This document shows positions 62,651 through 64,000 of a DNA stretch of 64,000 bases, one piece after another (the stretch's first letter is position 1; each line of letters starts with the position of its first letter). The notes beneath the pieces are model-generated. The model did no database searches, was not told where the DNA came from, and worked only from the letters and a program-made list of their open reading frames with translations. The position numbers were made by a program, and so were the translations under genes. Origin of the DNA: Zygnema circumcarinatum SAG 698-1b (lineage: Eukaryota; Plantae; Zygnematophyceae); the NCBI GenBank assembly GCA_037447605.1, contig CM074817.1, positions 1,488,001-1,552,000 of the forward strand, in the 5' to 3' direction.

Positions 62651-63575
62651 CTCTCTCTCTTCCCCCCTCTATCTATTATTAAACCTCTGCCAATTCAATA
62701 ATATTCGTGAAAAAAAATGTTTAGGACGTGACAGGTGAGAATTCATGTCCAACAACATTCATGTTCATGTTGAACAGTCTAACTGACAACATGAAGTTGG
62801 TTTGACGGATTCGATTCTTCATGGAAAAGCTGAAATTAGTCGTATGTGATGCGTTCAAGAACATCACAATGAGCCAGGTCAAAAAATGCCAATTTTATTC
62901 CATATTCATTTGTTTCTCATTAAATTTCTCATGTCCTTTGTCCTTGGTTCTACTTTGTAGTCCTTAAGGCCTCAAGCAGAATCCATTTTCAAGAGACAGT
63001 CTTGCAAGCTCTTATGTCAGCCATTGCTGTGACTGCAGCTGCCTTGGCATGGAGAAGAGGACGCGATTCCCCTCCCCCAAGGCTGCGGAAAAGTAGTGAG
63101 CGCCGCTCTCCTTGCAACTCTCCTGCTTTGAGCACCCTCTGACCTACGGCAGTGAAATTTGTTCAATAGATGGATAACTGCACTTCCCCTTTGTCACTTT
63201 TACATTCTCCATTCCTTGCCAGCTTTCAGAAATGCTCTTTACCTGTTCTTCTCCATCTCTGGCAAATGGAATGCTTTCAACAGTACAGGCACATCTTAAT
63301 GGAACCATGGAACTTTGCAGGTATTGACTCTTGGAGAGGCTGGATACGGAGTTGGCAGCAACAATGCGAGCAGGGTGGATGTTGAAGCGAGCGCCATGTG
63401 GACGCCTATCTCTCAGAGAGTGGCAAATCTGCTCATCCATATTATTTTGGTGCTCGTATTTTGCGTTTTTATAACTTTATTTTGGCTGAACTACCAGAGG
63501 TTCAAGCTGGGACACGTCGACATAAGGAGCTTCCTGGATGTGCCGCCCGCAGAGCAGGACATGCCCTTGCTTTGA
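62250..63575 (+). CDS. Hypothetical small single-pass membrane protein (about 133 aa, tentatively 2 coding exons)
   Basis: Exon 62250-62396 (CAG|ATG..GTGAAG|GT) joins in phase 0 to 63321-63575 (TTGCAG|GTA). Hydrophobic stretch VANLLIHIILVLVFCVFITLFWLNY; purine-rich leader upstream. No family recognised. Confidence 0.4.
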
Positions 63576-64000
63576 GAGTTCTGCAAGATGGTTTGGTGCC
63601 TTTAGGGGGGGGGGGAGACAGGGAGATTGTACATAACTAGCCTGAAAGTCTTGGGCTAACAGTGAAGTAGTTTGATTATTATTATTATTAGGGAGGTTGC
63701 CTTTTCGAATAAAGTGATAAGGAATGCATTGCTGTGCCTTGTTGCCTTCTTAAATATCTATTGGAGAGGCTGACTAGCATTGGTCCATGACGTGTCAACT
63801 CATGCCATGCCAGACATATACCCCTTAGGGTTGCGTGTTTTTGGTTCATTACCGAATTTGATTCTAGCTGTCCTTGACAGCGGGAATGCAGAAGTGAAGC
63901 AGCAAATTTGCGTTGGAGGAATCCCAAGCCCTTAGGGCGGATTGATGGGAACAAGGCTGCCCAGTCAGTGGCAATCTTTAGTAATGTCCGCTCTATTTAC

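Overview
This is a eukaryotic, intron-rich nuclear window with plant-type housekeeping genes. The combination with F-type lectin domains suggests a streptophyte alga, possibly a zygnematophyte such as Closterium; that assignment is inference. From left to right: partial HUB1/BRE1-type H2B ubiquitin ligase (-), EPSIN2/3-like clathrin interactor (-), intron-containing tRNA-Tyr(GUA) (+), coilin (-) head-to-head with an ATRIP/SUV2-like gene (+), a 15-kb mosaic gene (-), farnesol dehydrogenase-like SDR (-), a 3.6-kb (TA)n(CT)n microsatellite, a USP-family deubiquitinase (+), a hAT-type MITE and a small putative membrane-protein gene (+). The main result is the gene at 28386-43476 (-), which the ORF track shows only as fragments. 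By manual splicing it forms one open frame of 26 exons, 5127 nt and 1708 aa. It encodes a secreted protein: signal peptide, 3 PAN/Apple, 3 F-type (fucose) lectin, PAN, Pro-rich stalk, LRRNT plus about 5 LRRs, EGF, papain-like C1A protease with intact catalytic residues and no recognisable I29 prodomain, 2 EGF, 4 Cys-rich LysM. It has no transmembrane segment. All gene models come from manual reading and homology recalled from memory; no database search or RNA evidence was available.
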